Assembly: GCA_012522345.1 (NCBI GenBank)
Contig: JAAYKO010000040.1
Coordinates: 386 to 64,385, forward strand
Length of the DNA: 64,000 nt
Direction: 5' to 3'
Source: Acholeplasmataceae bacterium
GTDB lineage: Bacteria; Bacillota_I; Bacilli_A; Acholeplasmatales; UBA5453
Shown piece after piece: positions 8,827 to 18,723 of this stretch. A program made the position numbers and the translations under genes. Under the pieces are notes generated by a model, which saw nothing but the letters and a program-made list of their open reading frames with translations, had not been told where the DNA came from and made no database searches. Positions within the stretch are counted from its first letter, which is position 1; every line of letters starts with the position of its first letter.

Positions 8827-10270
8827 TGTATGTTCTCGCGCTTTTTACAGCTTTTTGCCAGCCTTGATATTCCGCTGTCGCCTCAGAAAAACTCATCTTT
8901 GGTTGATACTGTTTTTTAACTTTTTGATGTTTCTTAATGTATTCTAAATCTGGGAATATAGTTCCCAATCCAGCTAAAAAAGCGGCACCGAGAACAGTTA
9001 TTTCCGTGTTTTCTGGCTTGATTAAAGGACACCTTAAGAGATCAGATTGAAACTGCATTAAATAACCATTATTAGAAACCCCACCATCAATATAGACCTT
9101 TTCAAGTGGTATTTTTGATTCTTTAATCATCACATCCACAACATCTTTAACTTGGAAAGCAATCGCGTTTAAAGTTGCCTTAACAAGATCGCATTTATTA
9201 ACATCAGCAGTAATGCCAAACATCGCACCCCTAACATCGGTATCCCAATAAGGAGCTCCTAAACCAACAAACGCAGGAACGAAATATATCTTTTTATGGC
9301 TTTGAAGAGCCAATTTTTCACTTTCTTTACTTGAGGCAATAATTCCCAGTTGATCTTTAAGCCACTTGACGCTTGATCCAGCAACAAAAATAGAACCTTC
9401 TAGGGCATAGATCGGTTTTCCATCAATTTGAAAAGCGATAGTTGAAATTAACCCCATTTGTGAAGGAAAGACTTTGTTTCCTGTATTCATTAAAATAAAG
9501 GCACCAGTACCATAAGTTACTTTCATTGTGCCTCTTTCAAAAGCTAGATGCCCAAACAGAGCTGATTGTTGGTCTCCAATCATTGCCGTAATCGGAATAT
9601 TTTTATAGTAGCCAAAAACAGTTTTATTGGGCTTTACTTCCGGCAACATCTTTAAAGGAATATTAAAGAGATTTAATAGTTTGGAATCATATTTTTGTTT
9701 TCTTAAATCAAACAAAAGCGTTCTAGAAGCATTTGTTACATCTGTATAATATGATTTTCCATCAGTTAATTTGTATAGTAAAAATGTATCCATAGTTCCA
9801 AACAACGCATTATTATCGTTTGCATGTGATAAAACATTCTCGTCTTCCAAAAGGTGAGCCATTTTTGAAGCACTGAAATAAGGATTAATCGGTAATCCTG
9901 TTATTTTTTTAGCATAATCTTCATAGCCTAGAGCCTTCCAGGTGTCGCAGATTTCTTTAGTATGTTTTGATTGCCAACCAATAGCATAAGTTATTGGATT
10001 ACCCTTTTTATCAAAAACAACTGTTGTTTCACGTTGATTAGTAATCCCAATTGATACAATATTTTCAGGCTTATATTTCAAGATTGCGGCATCTAAGATT
10101 TCCTTAACACCTTCATAAATAACCTTGGCATCTTGTAAAACAGCATCATTATTTATCATCTGCTCAAAATTATGACAAAAAATTTCCACTAACTCAGCTT
10201 TTTCGTTAACTACTGCAACAACACTGGATGTTGTCCCTTGATCGATTGCTAAGACATATTTAGATTTCAT
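8822..10270 (-). CDS. glpK: Glycerol kinase
   Basis: 482 aa in the FGGY family. Contains the N-terminal AIDQGTTSS motif. Full-length similarity to GlpK is visible in TNQRETTVVFD, YFSASKMAHLL and GGVSNN. Confidence 0.95.
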   Translation of the reverse strand: MKSKYVLAIDQGTTSSVVAVVNEKAELVEIFCHNFEQMINNDAVLQDAKVIYEGVKEILDAAILKYKPENIVSIGITNQRETTVVFDKKGNPITYAIGWQSKHTKEICDTWKALGYEDYAKKITGLPINPYFSASKMAHLLEDENVLSHANDNNALFGTMDTFLLYKLTDGKSYYTDVTNASRTLLFDLRKQKYDSKLLNLFNIPLKMLPEVKPNKTVFGYYKNIPITAMIGDQQSALFGHLAFERGTMKVTYGTGAFILMNTGNKVFPSQMGLISTIAFQIDGKPIYALEGSIFVAGSSVKWLKDQLGIIASSKESEKLALQSHKKIYFVPAFVGLGAPYWDTDVRGAMFGITADVNKCDLVKATLNAIAFQVKDVVDVMIKESKIPLEKVYIDGGVSNNGYLMQFQSDLLRCPLIKPENTEITVLGAAFLAGLGTIFPDLEYIKKHQKVKKQYQPKMSFSEATAEYQGWQKAVKSARTYK

Positions 10271-11030
10271 TTAACCACCCCAAAATATCATTATAGACTT
10301 TTTCTTTGTCTAGCTCATTTAAAATCTCATGATACATATCTGGATACAAAATAAGTTTTTTGTTTTTGTTGTCAATTAAATCAAAGATACGCTCGCTATG
10401 TTCTTTAGGTACTATTTTGTCCTTTTCACCATGAAGAATTAAAACCGGTTTCTGGAGTTTTTCGAGATTGTTATTTAAGTGCTTGACACCGCGATAAAAC
10501 ATCTCACCTGCTAATCTAACTGTAAAGTACTTGCTGACAAGCGGATCTTTTTTATACTGCTCTTCAATCGCTTTATCGTGAGAAAGACTGTCATCTGCAA
10601 AGTTGTTCTTTCTTTTCACCCAACCAAACCAACGAAAGCCCGTATATTTTAAGATTTTAACATCTTCTAAATAATCAGTCGGTGCCCCTGATGCAATAAA
10701 GCGATCAACTTTTGGATTTAAAATCATGTATAAATAGCCGATTAAACCTCCCATTGAATGGCCTAATAGAATTTGCTCAACTTTAGAATTTTGGTATTGA
10801 TCAATAACTTTTGTCAAGTCAATTAGATGGTCAACAAAGTGTTTGATATAAACTCTTCTACCTTCACTTTTCCCATGACCTCTTAAATCATAAGTGATTA
10901 CCGAAACACCTTTTTGATTTAACCACTCAGCAAAGCTTTGATAGCGCCCACTGTGTTCGCAAATCCCATGAATAATAAATAAACGTTTCTTTTCATTTTC
11001 AACAATATATGGTTTAACATAAATATTCAT
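10260..11030 (-). CDS. Alpha/beta hydrolase, lysophospholipase/monoacylglycerol lipase family
   Basis: 256 aa. Contains HG (IIHGICEHSGRY), the nucleophile elbow GHSMGG, and C-terminal H (MYHEILNE). Overlaps the glpK start by 11 nt. Confidence 0.75.
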   Translation of the reverse strand: MNIYVKPYIVENEKKRLFIIHGICEHSGRYQSFAEWLNQKGVSVITYDLRGHGKSEGRRVYIKHFVDHLIDLTKVIDQYQNSKVEQILLGHSMGGLIGYLYMILNPKVDRFIASGAPTDYLEDVKILKYTGFRWFGWVKRKNNFADDSLSHDKAIEEQYKKDPLVSKYFTVRLAGEMFYRGVKHLNNNLEKLQKPVLILHGEKDKIVPKEHSERIFDLIDNKNKKLILYPDMYHEILNELDKEKVYNDILGWLNEI

Positions 11031-11095
11031 TTTCTCACATCCTCATCTTTAATTATATTACATTTTTGCTGCCAATGGAGATTTATCTTCATTAA

Positions 11096-11119
11096 AACAA
11101 AAAAAGTAGCCATTAGCTA

Positions 11120-11121
<2 letters not shown>
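11096..11121 (-). terminator. Intrinsic terminator after obg
   Basis: The minus strand reads GTAGC-TAATG-GCTAC followed by T7. The stem overlaps the obg stop codon. Confidence 0.7.
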
Positions 11122-12388
<1,267 letters not shown>

Positions 12389-12423
12389 TTAAGTCTTCCC
12401 CCAATAAAAAAGGATAAGCGCAC

Positions 12424-12702
12424 TTATCCTTCATAGACTGATACTTGAGTTCTTGCTTTACCAAGACGCTCATACTTTACAATTCCCGAAATTTTCGCAA
12501 ACAATGTATCATCGCCACCTTTACCAACATTTTGGCCTGGATGAACTTTTGTTCCGCGTTGACGATAAATAATTGCTCCAGCTTTAGCATACTGACCATC
12601 AGATAGCTTTAAGCCCAGTCTTTTTGAATGAGAGTCGCGTCCGTTTCTTGTGGAACCTGCACCTTTTTTAGATGCAAATAATTGAATGTTTAATTTTAAC
12701 AT
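12424..12702 (-). CDS. rpmA: 50S ribosomal protein L27 with an N-terminal propeptide
   Basis: [24 protein letters not shown]... This is the Firmicute-type 9-aa extension ending in F, before the mature ASKKG end that Prp generates. Confidence 0.95.
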   Translation of the reverse strand: MLKLNIQLFASKKGAGSTRNGRDSHSKRLGLKLSDGQYAKAGAIIYRQRGTKVHPGQNVGKGGDDTLFAKISGIVKYERLGKARTQVSVYEG

Positions 12703-12703
12703 A

Positions 12704-13009
12704 TTATCGCTCCTTTTGATATTTAATGAAGTGGGGATACTGTTTTTCTAATTCTTTAAGGGTCCAAACTAAATTTTGGATAATAACTTTAATATTATTA
12801 GTCTGTTTTAAAACTTTAAGGTGAAAATATCCATCCGCTTCTTTTAATTCAACATTTTCTTTTTCTTTTAATCTTTCAATTAAATTGGCAGATAAAATAA
12901 CTGCTGTAGACACACTTGCACAAACTATATCTTCTCCTAGTTCAGCAAATTCTGCATGTCCTTTAACCTCAACTTCGCTGAGATCTTCTTTGACTTGGTA
13001 AATAATCAT
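12704..13009 (-). CDS. prp: Ribosomal-processing cysteine protease Prp
   Basis: 101 aa between rplU and rpmA. Contains the GHAEF...VCASVS His/Cys motifs typical of Prp/YsxB. Confidence 0.85.
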   Translation of the reverse strand: MIIYQVKEDLSEVEVKGHAEFAELGEDIVCASVSTAVILSANLIERLKEKENVELKEADGYFHLKVLKQTNNIKVIIQNLVWTLKELEKQYPHFIKYQKER

Positions 13010-13011
13010 AA

Positions 13012-13320
13012 TTACACATTAATCGCTTCGATAACTAACTTTGTGTATGGTTGACGGTGACCTTGTTTGCGGTGATAGTTTTTCTTCGCTTTAAACTTAT
13101 AAACAATAATCTTTTTTGAACGACCTTGTTTAAGTACTTTCGCAACAACATTTGCACCTTCTACTAGTGGCTTGCCGATGATTGTTTTAGGACCACCGAC
13201 TAATAAAACTTCTTCAAAAGTAACTTTTTGATCAACTTCCACATCAAGTTTTTCAACAAATATTTCTTGACCAACTTCAACTTTTATTTGTTTTCCACCT
13301 GTCTTAATAACTGCATACAT
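13012..13320 (-). CDS. rplU: 50S ribosomal protein L21
   Basis: [14 protein letters not shown]... The ATG at 13320 is preceded by the RBS AAGGAGGTG. The track start at 13350 adds 10 non-conserved residues. Confidence 0.95.
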   Translation of the reverse strand: MYAVIKTGGKQIKVEVGQEIFVEKLDVEVDQKVTFEEVLLVGGPKTIIGKPLVEGANVVAKVLKQGRSKKIIVYKFKAKKNYHRKQGHRQPYTKLVIEAINV

Positions 13321-13339
13321 TAAAAACACCTCCTTATAA

Positions 13340-13430
13340 AATGAAGACACACTATTGAGGTAACCAAACGGTATTTAAGACCTTTTCTATGTGGTTCTTT
13401 CTATGCAACGGTTACATTTTACCTCATTTA
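13340..13430 (-). promoter_or_regulatory. Possible L21-leader-type structured 5' UTR of rplU-prp-rpmA
   Basis: A long-range stem, GAGGUAA (13419-13425) pairing with UUACCUC (13357-13363), encloses about 55 nt directly upstream of the rplU RBS. The position matches the known Firmicute L21 leader. I could not verify the consensus. Confidence 0.35.
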
Positions 13431-13479
13431 TAAATAAATGTCAATTAAAAAATCGTGATTTTATTTGTTCTTGAAGTTG

Positions 13480-14940
13480 TCATCTGTTTTTTCGCAACAA
13501 TATTCTAAATAGAACGACAACTAACCCCGTACCTAGCACGAATCCTCCTATTAGGATAGCGATTTTAAAATTGTCAGTAAATTCAAAAACTCTTATTTCT
13601 GGTCGATAGCGAGCATTATAAGTTGTATCTGTTGTTATTTTTTCAAGATTATAATTCCAACCCTCAAAAACAAACCCTTCTTTACCTGGAACATCCGGTT
13701 CAACAGGATAATTATTATATTCAACCGTTTGACTGCTGATTAAAATGTCATCTGCATAAAAATTTACTCTAAATTTCTTGATGACATAAGTTCCGTAAAA
13801 TGACTGTTCGCTTGTAATTTCGGTTGTCTCTGTTGTAAATATCAAATCATAACCTGTCTTTTCTAGATTACGTGGAATAACTAAATCTCCACCTGATGTT
13901 ATATAAACAGTTTCTTTTTTTACCTCATCAATATAGATATCTATTTTGTAAGCCGGAATGTTATCAAATTTTGCGGTCGCAAAGGGGGTTGGATTAACAT
14001 TATCAGGATCTATTTTCCGCTCTTCGGAATCAAGATTTGGAATTAAAAAGTAATCGTAGCTGATATAATCGATTGGAGCACCTACCGGATCATCCCATGT
14101 AACGTCAATTAAATACCACATATTGCCTAATTTTACATTATTCCAAGCATGATTTTCAAAAACTCCATTACCATCACTAGCCTCCCCAGTTATATAAACT
14201 GCATTTAAATTTGCTCGATAGGCTAAAATTAAAAATGCCTCCGCATAAGCTTCACAGACCGGGCCAGCTCGACCTTCAAGAAGAGCAGCGATTGGAGTAT
14301 GTGACAAATCACTAGTTTTCTCATAACTGTTGTTTAAAACAAGCCAATCATGAATATATTTAAACTTCTCATACTCTGTGTTAAGCGCATTTACATCGTT
14401 AGTTATTTGGTTTAAAACAACTAACATGTTTGCTAAATCTTCAGCAATTAAAGCCATTTTTATTTGATTATCAACAGTTAAATAAGATTCTATAATATAA
14501 ATCTCGCTTAAAAATTCAAATATTGGACTATTAACTGTTCCTGAAACATTCATTGAAACACTATAGCCCCCATACCAAAAAAATTCTTTATGTTCTTTTA
14601 AAAAAGCACCTAAAGCATCAAATATTTCATTTTGGATTAGATTTCCTTGTTCTTCAGTTATATTTCGATATTCAAATATTATTGGTTCACCGATTGGATT
14701 CTCAACAATAAAATCTAAAAAGTAATCATAATATGCTTTTCCATCGTCAGAAAGAGCTTGATAATGCAGCTGACTCTCTTCTGGAATTTCAGTCACTAAA
14801 AGTGCAATCATCTCGTTTAGAGTTAAATCTTCATCTGCTACAAGTTCTCCTTTTTGTAATCTAAATGCAGATAAAAAGATTAAACTTATAACGATTAAAA
14901 TTATACCTTTTATCTTTTTCATAATTATATCTGTAATCAA
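13480..14940 (-). CDS. Surface transglutaminase-like cysteine protease-fold protein with a Listeria/Bacteroides-type repeat, membrane-anchored at both ends
   Basis: N-terminal signal anchor KKIKGIILIVISLIFLSAF. Cys/His/Asp core: GPVCEAYAEAF ... ENHAWNNV ... IDVTWDD. Flg_new-like repeat: FRVNFYADD...GKEGFVFEGWNY...YNARY. C-terminal TM: IAILIGGFVLGTGLVVVLF followed by RILLRKNR. The start may instead be the ATG at 14922. Confidence 0.65.
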   Translation of the reverse strand: MITDIIMKKIKGIILIVISLIFLSAFRLQKGELVADEDLTLNEMIALLVTEIPEESQLHYQALSDDGKAYYDYFLDFIVENPIGEPIIFEYRNITEEQGNLIQNEIFDALGAFLKEHKEFFWYGGYSVSMNVSGTVNSPIFEFLSEIYIIESYLTVDNQIKMALIAEDLANMLVVLNQITNDVNALNTEYEKFKYIHDWLVLNNSYEKTSDLSHTPIAALLEGRAGPVCEAYAEAFLILAYRANLNAVYITGEASDGNGVFENHAWNNVKLGNMWYLIDVTWDDPVGAPIDYISYDYFLIPNLDSEERKIDPDNVNPTPFATAKFDNIPAYKIDIYIDEVKKETVYITSGGDLVIPRNLEKTGYDLIFTTETTEITSEQSFYGTYVIKKFRVNFYADDILISSQTVEYNNYPVEPDVPGKEGFVFEGWNYNLEKITTDTTYNARYRPEIRVFEFTDNFKIAILIGGFVLGTGLVVVLFRILLRKNR

Positions 14941-15866
14941 GCTGTAGTCGCTTGTTTATCTCCTTTTTTAAAAATATTCTTTATTTTATCCGGAAATGAT
15001 TTAAAGGCATCTTTAATTATTATTGGAATTGTTTTAATTGTTTCAATAAACGCTCCTTTTCTAATCGCTTGTTTAGTTAATTCTTTACTATCAGCAAATA
15101 AATATTTTCTAGTAACGATCACTATTCTAAGAGTTAAAATCGCATTTGAAATTCCTTGTGCAATTGAGTTAGTAACAACTTTCGCAAAAGGAATATTTTT
15201 TAAAACATTTTGCGTACTGCTCGGTAAAAGCTCTGAAAACTCAATATTTTCTAAACCTTCTGCAATTAATGAAGTTGAGAAAACATTTAATGTTAACTTA
15301 GCTAAATTTTTAAAGTTTGGCCGGAACCCACAGGCAACCACAATCTCTTTAATCATCCGAAGGTTTACGCTTAAAGTCGCATAAAAATCCAATCTGCCAT
15401 TTTGACTAATTGCAGTGGAAATTAAGACAGTTTTTGCGTGTCTAAAAATTATTTTATTTACTCTTTTTTTCAGCGTCGTATTATAAAGATGTTGCAAGTT
15501 TTTTTGCAATTCATCAGGCTTAGCCATCGCAGCCTTTAATGCCTCTTTTTCGCGCTGACTGATGTCTTTATTCTTAATTAAGTTTTTACTAACTTTTTTG
15601 TAAGTTAAATAACGCTTTTTAGAAGGTTTGTCTAGGACAGTTTCAATATTAAATGCCGGTGACAATACAATTATCCTAATTGGATTGATAACTAGAAAAT
15701 AGACAAGCAAACCACTTAGGATATAAAATCCATACGCTAAATAAGGATGAATAACGCTAAGTCTTTCGCCTAAATTAATTATCGAAGCTAAAATCATTAA
15801 TCCGATAATAATTAAAACTCCAATCGCGGCTGCAATCCATAATCCTTTTGTTGTTTTTTCCTTCAT
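14937..15866 (-). CDS. Membrane protein, possibly DUF697/YcjF-like
   Basis: 309 aa. Two N-terminal TM helices precede a large, mainly helical region with further hydrophobic segments. The family assignment is tentative. Confidence 0.35.
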   Translation of the reverse strand: MKEKTTKGLWIAAAIGVLIIIGLMILASIINLGERLSVIHPYLAYGFYILSGLLVYFLVINPIRIIVLSPAFNIETVLDKPSKKRYLTYKKVSKNLIKNKDISQREKEALKAAMAKPDELQKNLQHLYNTTLKKRVNKIIFRHAKTVLISTAISQNGRLDFYATLSVNLRMIKEIVVACGFRPNFKNLAKLTLNVFSTSLIAEGLENIEFSELLPSSTQNVLKNIPFAKVVTNSIAQGISNAILTLRIVIVTRKYLFADSKELTKQAIRKGAFIETIKTIPIIIKDAFKSFPDKIKNIFKKGDKQATTA

Positions 15867-15894
15867 CTCTCCACCACCTTGACTATATTATAAC

Positions 15895-16581
15895 CTAAAA
15901 TTGATATTTTTTATTCGCGATGATTGAAAAACACGAATTATTGCCAATAATAACATGATCTAATACACTTACACCAATCATTGCAGCACCTTCGATTAAT
16001 TTTTTTGTAGTCATAATATCGGCTTGGCTTGGACATGGATCACCCGAGGGATGATTATGAACAAAAATCACTTTAGGAGCATTAAAGCGTATTGCATATT
16101 TAAATACATCTCTTGGATTGACTACACTCGCTGTAAGACCGCCAACAAATAGTCTTCTTTTAGCAATCAGTTTATTTTTAATATCTAAATATAGACAATA
16201 AAAATGTTCTTCTTCTAAAGTGGTTAATTCACCTTCAAAAAGATAATAGACATCTTTTGCATCAACAATATTACTTCTTTTTTTGTTGTAATCATTAAAT
16301 AAGCGCTTATAAAGTTCTAAACCTGCAATAATAGTGCTTGCTTTAGCAATTCCAACACCTTTTATCAACATTAACTCTTCTAAAGTAATATTTAACAAAC
16401 TGCTAGGCCTGTTTAAAGTCCACAAAATTCTTTTCGCTAATTGTAATACTGATTCGCCTTTATTGCCAGTCTTTAGCAATAGTGCCAAAAGTTCAATATT
16501 ATTTAACGCTTTTGCCCCATATCTAGCTAGCCTTTCACGGGGTCGTTCTTGATTTGGAATGTCTTTTATTAAATATTTCAA
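15895..16581 (-). CDS. radC: RadC-family JAB/MPN domain protein
   Basis: LKYLIKDIPNQERPRERLARYG at the N-terminus, an HhH motif (IKGVGIAKA), and the JAMM motif HNHPSGDPCPSQAD. The likely start is the TTG at 16581, 6 nt after the RBS GAGGTG. The track start at 16608 is further upstream. Confidence 0.85.
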   Translation of the reverse strand: MKYLIKDIPNQERPRERLARYGAKALNNIELLALLLKTGNKGESVLQLAKRILWTLNRPSSLLNITLEELMLIKGVGIAKASTIIAGLELYKRLFNDYNKKRSNIVDAKDVYYLFEGELTTLEEEHFYCLYLDIKNKLIAKRRLFVGGLTASVVNPRDVFKYAIRFNAPKVIFVHNHPSGDPCPSQADIMTTKKLIEGAAMIGVSVLDHVIIGNNSCFSIIANKKYQF

Positions 16582-16780
16582 TAGTCTCACCTCTATCAAT
16601 ATATACAAACGAAACTACATAAAAAAAAGAAAATAAGCAAAATCAATTTAAATTACAAAAAAATATTATAACTTTTCTTTATCTCAAATATCTAAAGTGC
16701 TATAATTATTATAGTAATTCTATTTTTAAAATCTTTAACATGTTTGTTAATAATAGAAATTGCTAGAAAGAAGGCTAGAG

Positions 16781-17356
16781 ATGAAACAAAGAGTAATTAT
16801 TTATGCTCACCCATATGAAAAAAGTTTTAATCAAGCAATTTGCGACAAAGTAGTCGAAACTTTGGCAGAACAAAAAAAATCTTACCAGTTAATCGATTTA
16901 TATCGAGATAACTTTAACCCCGCATATACAAAAAAGGAACTAGAACTTTTCGCCTCAGGGAAGACGACAGATGTTTTAGTGGAAAAATATCAGCAAGCAA
17001 TTTTAGCTGCAGAAAAATTGATTTTTATTTTCCCAGTTTGGTGGAATGATCTGCCTGCAATTGTTAAAGGATTTATCGATAAGGTAATGAAAAAAGAATT
17101 TGCCTATGAAATTACTAACGTTGGCATTAAAGGCAAATTAAATAATATTAAAGAGGTTGTTGTTTATACAACCGCTACCTCGCCAAAATGGTACTTAAAG
17201 TTTTTTGCTGGCAACGCAATTAAAAAAGTTTTCCTAAAAGCAACAATTAAACAAATAGGTATAAAGAAAACTCGCTGGTATCATTTAGGTAAAATCAATA
17301 GTATTTCTACAGAAAAAAGAGTCGATTTTTTAAACAATATTAAAAAAAATATTTGA
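16781..17356 (+). CDS. Flavodoxin-like fold NAD(P)H dehydrogenase (quinone) family protein
   Basis: VIIYAHPYEKSFN ... FIFPVWWNDLPAIVKGFIDKV, typical of the Flavodoxin_2/MdaB-KefF type. Starts at the ATG at 16781 and ends with TGA. Confidence 0.65.
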   Translation: MKQRVIIYAHPYEKSFNQAICDKVVETLAEQKKSYQLIDLYRDNFNPAYTKKELELFASGKTTDVLVEKYQQAILAAEKLIFIFPVWWNDLPAIVKGFIDKVMKKEFAYEITNVGIKGKLNNIKEVVVYTTATSPKWYLKFFAGNAIKKVFLKATIKQIGIKKTRWYHLGKINSISTEKRVDFLNNIKKNI

Positions 17357-17399
17357 ATCTTCATAAAAAAACATTTTCATTATGGGAAAAAATAAAAAA

Positions 17400-17427
17400 G
17401 GCATCTCATTTTTTTTGGGATGCTTTT
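17400..17427 (+). terminator. Intrinsic terminator
   Basis: GCATCTC-loop-GGGATGC followed by T5, between convergent genes. Confidence 0.6.
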
Positions 17428-17478
17428 TATTTTGATGTTTGATAAGTTTGTTGACAATTTTTTAAATAATTTAAATTA

Positions 17479-18723
17479 TCATAACTCATTTTCAGCAAGC
17501 AAATAATGGCTAATTTTACTGACTAAAAATATTGATCCTGTAATCACTAAAACATCATTGATAGTAAGTTTAGAAACTAGTTCTTCAAACCCGGCAATCG
17601 GATTAAAATAAATTTTATATTGCCCTTTCATTTCAGGAGAAAATGTCGTTAAAGCTCGCGGGTAATCTAAAACTGTTAAATTGATATTTTGCGAGATTTC
17701 GTTTAATATTTTCAACATTTCATTATAAGGTTTGTCTGCCATACTTGTAAATAAAACTATAACATTTTTATCTTTGAAAATTGTTTTTACGCTGTTAGCA
17801 AGTTCTAAAACAGCTTCAGCATTGTGAGCTCCATCTAAAACAATAAATGGATTTCGGCTAACAATTTCAAATCTGCCAGCATTAGTTGTTTTTTTTAGGC
17901 CTACATTTATTATTTTAGTTGTAATCTGAGGGAAAAGCAGTTTAATTGCTTTAACCGCAAGACTTGCATTTTTAGCTTGATATAATCCTTGTAAACTGGG
18001 TGTATAGATTGCGTTTTCAAATTCAAACGTTAAGGGGAAAGATTGAATTATTTTCAAATCGTTATCTGTAATATAAAAGACTTTAGCGCTTTTGGCTTTT
18101 GCATAAGAATCGATTGTTTCCTCGTAGCCATTAACTGCCGTAATAAGCGTTGCTGATGGTTTTAAAATCCCCAATTTTTGGTTTAGTATTTCTTCAAGAG
18201 TATTACCTAGTTGAGGGCGATGATCAAGGCCGATTGAAGTTATAATTGAAAGTTTTGCGTTAACTACATTAGTCGCATCTAAAAGCCCTCCAATCCCAAC
18301 TTCAATAATTGCGTAATTAACTTTCTTATCACTAAAATACTTAAATGCGATTATTGTTAACAATTCAAAAAATGAAAAGCTCTCATTATAAGATTGATAA
18401 TATTCTTCGTCAAATTCTTTAGCCCATAAAATATATTCTAAAAGCTCAGCATCAGCAATTTGTTGGTCGTTTATTTGAATTCGCTCATTAAACTTGATGA
18501 CATAAGGACTAGTAAACAAGCCTACACTTTCAAACTGGCTGATGATGCTCGCTAAATAATGGGCAACCGAACCTTTTCCGTTTGTGCCGCTAATATGGAT
18601 TGTTTTAAAATCATTTTGCGGATTATTTAACAACTCTAAAGCGTGAAATATTTTATTGAGGTCAGTTCTAACTTTGAACTTTGGTTTAGTTTCTAACCAT
18701 TTAATGGCTTCATCTAGTTTCAT
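17479..18723 (-). CDS. folC: Folylpolyglutamate synthase/dihydrofolate synthase
   Basis: Mur-ligase P-loop SGTNGKGS and 414 aa length. It lies downstream of and overlaps valS, the conserved valS-folC synteny. Confidence 0.88.
   Translation of the reverse strand: MKLDEAIKWLETKPKFKVRTDLNKIFHALELLNNPQNDFKTIHISGTNGKGSVAHYLASIISQFESVGLFTSPYVIKFNERIQINDQQIADAELLEYILWAKEFDEEYYQSYNESFSFFELLTIIAFKYFSDKKVNYAIIEVGIGGLLDATNVVNAKLSIITSIGLDHRPQLGNTLEEILNQKLGILKPSATLITAVNGYEETIDSYAKAKSAKVFYITDNDLKIIQSFPLTFEFENAIYTPSLQGLYQAKNASLAVKAIKLLFPQITTKIINVGLKKTTNAGRFEIVSRNPFIVLDGAHNAEAVLELANSVKTIFKDKNVIVLFTSMADKPYNEMLKILNEISQNINLTVLDYPRALTTFSPEMKGQYKIYFNPIAGFEELVSKLTINDVLVITGSIFLVSKISHYLLAENEL

Noticed and set aside
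12424-13350. The rplU-prp-rpmA cluster with the L27 propeptide, considered as a novelty.
   Set aside because: This is the well-described Firmicute/Mollicute arrangement (Prp cleaves the L27 N-terminal extension). It is recorded as a feature only.
15895-16608. RadC, considered as a marker of a mobile element or defence island.
   Set aside because: There are no integrase, phage, toxin or restriction genes nearby, and no flanking repeats. The neighbours are housekeeping genes, so it looks like the chromosomal radC.
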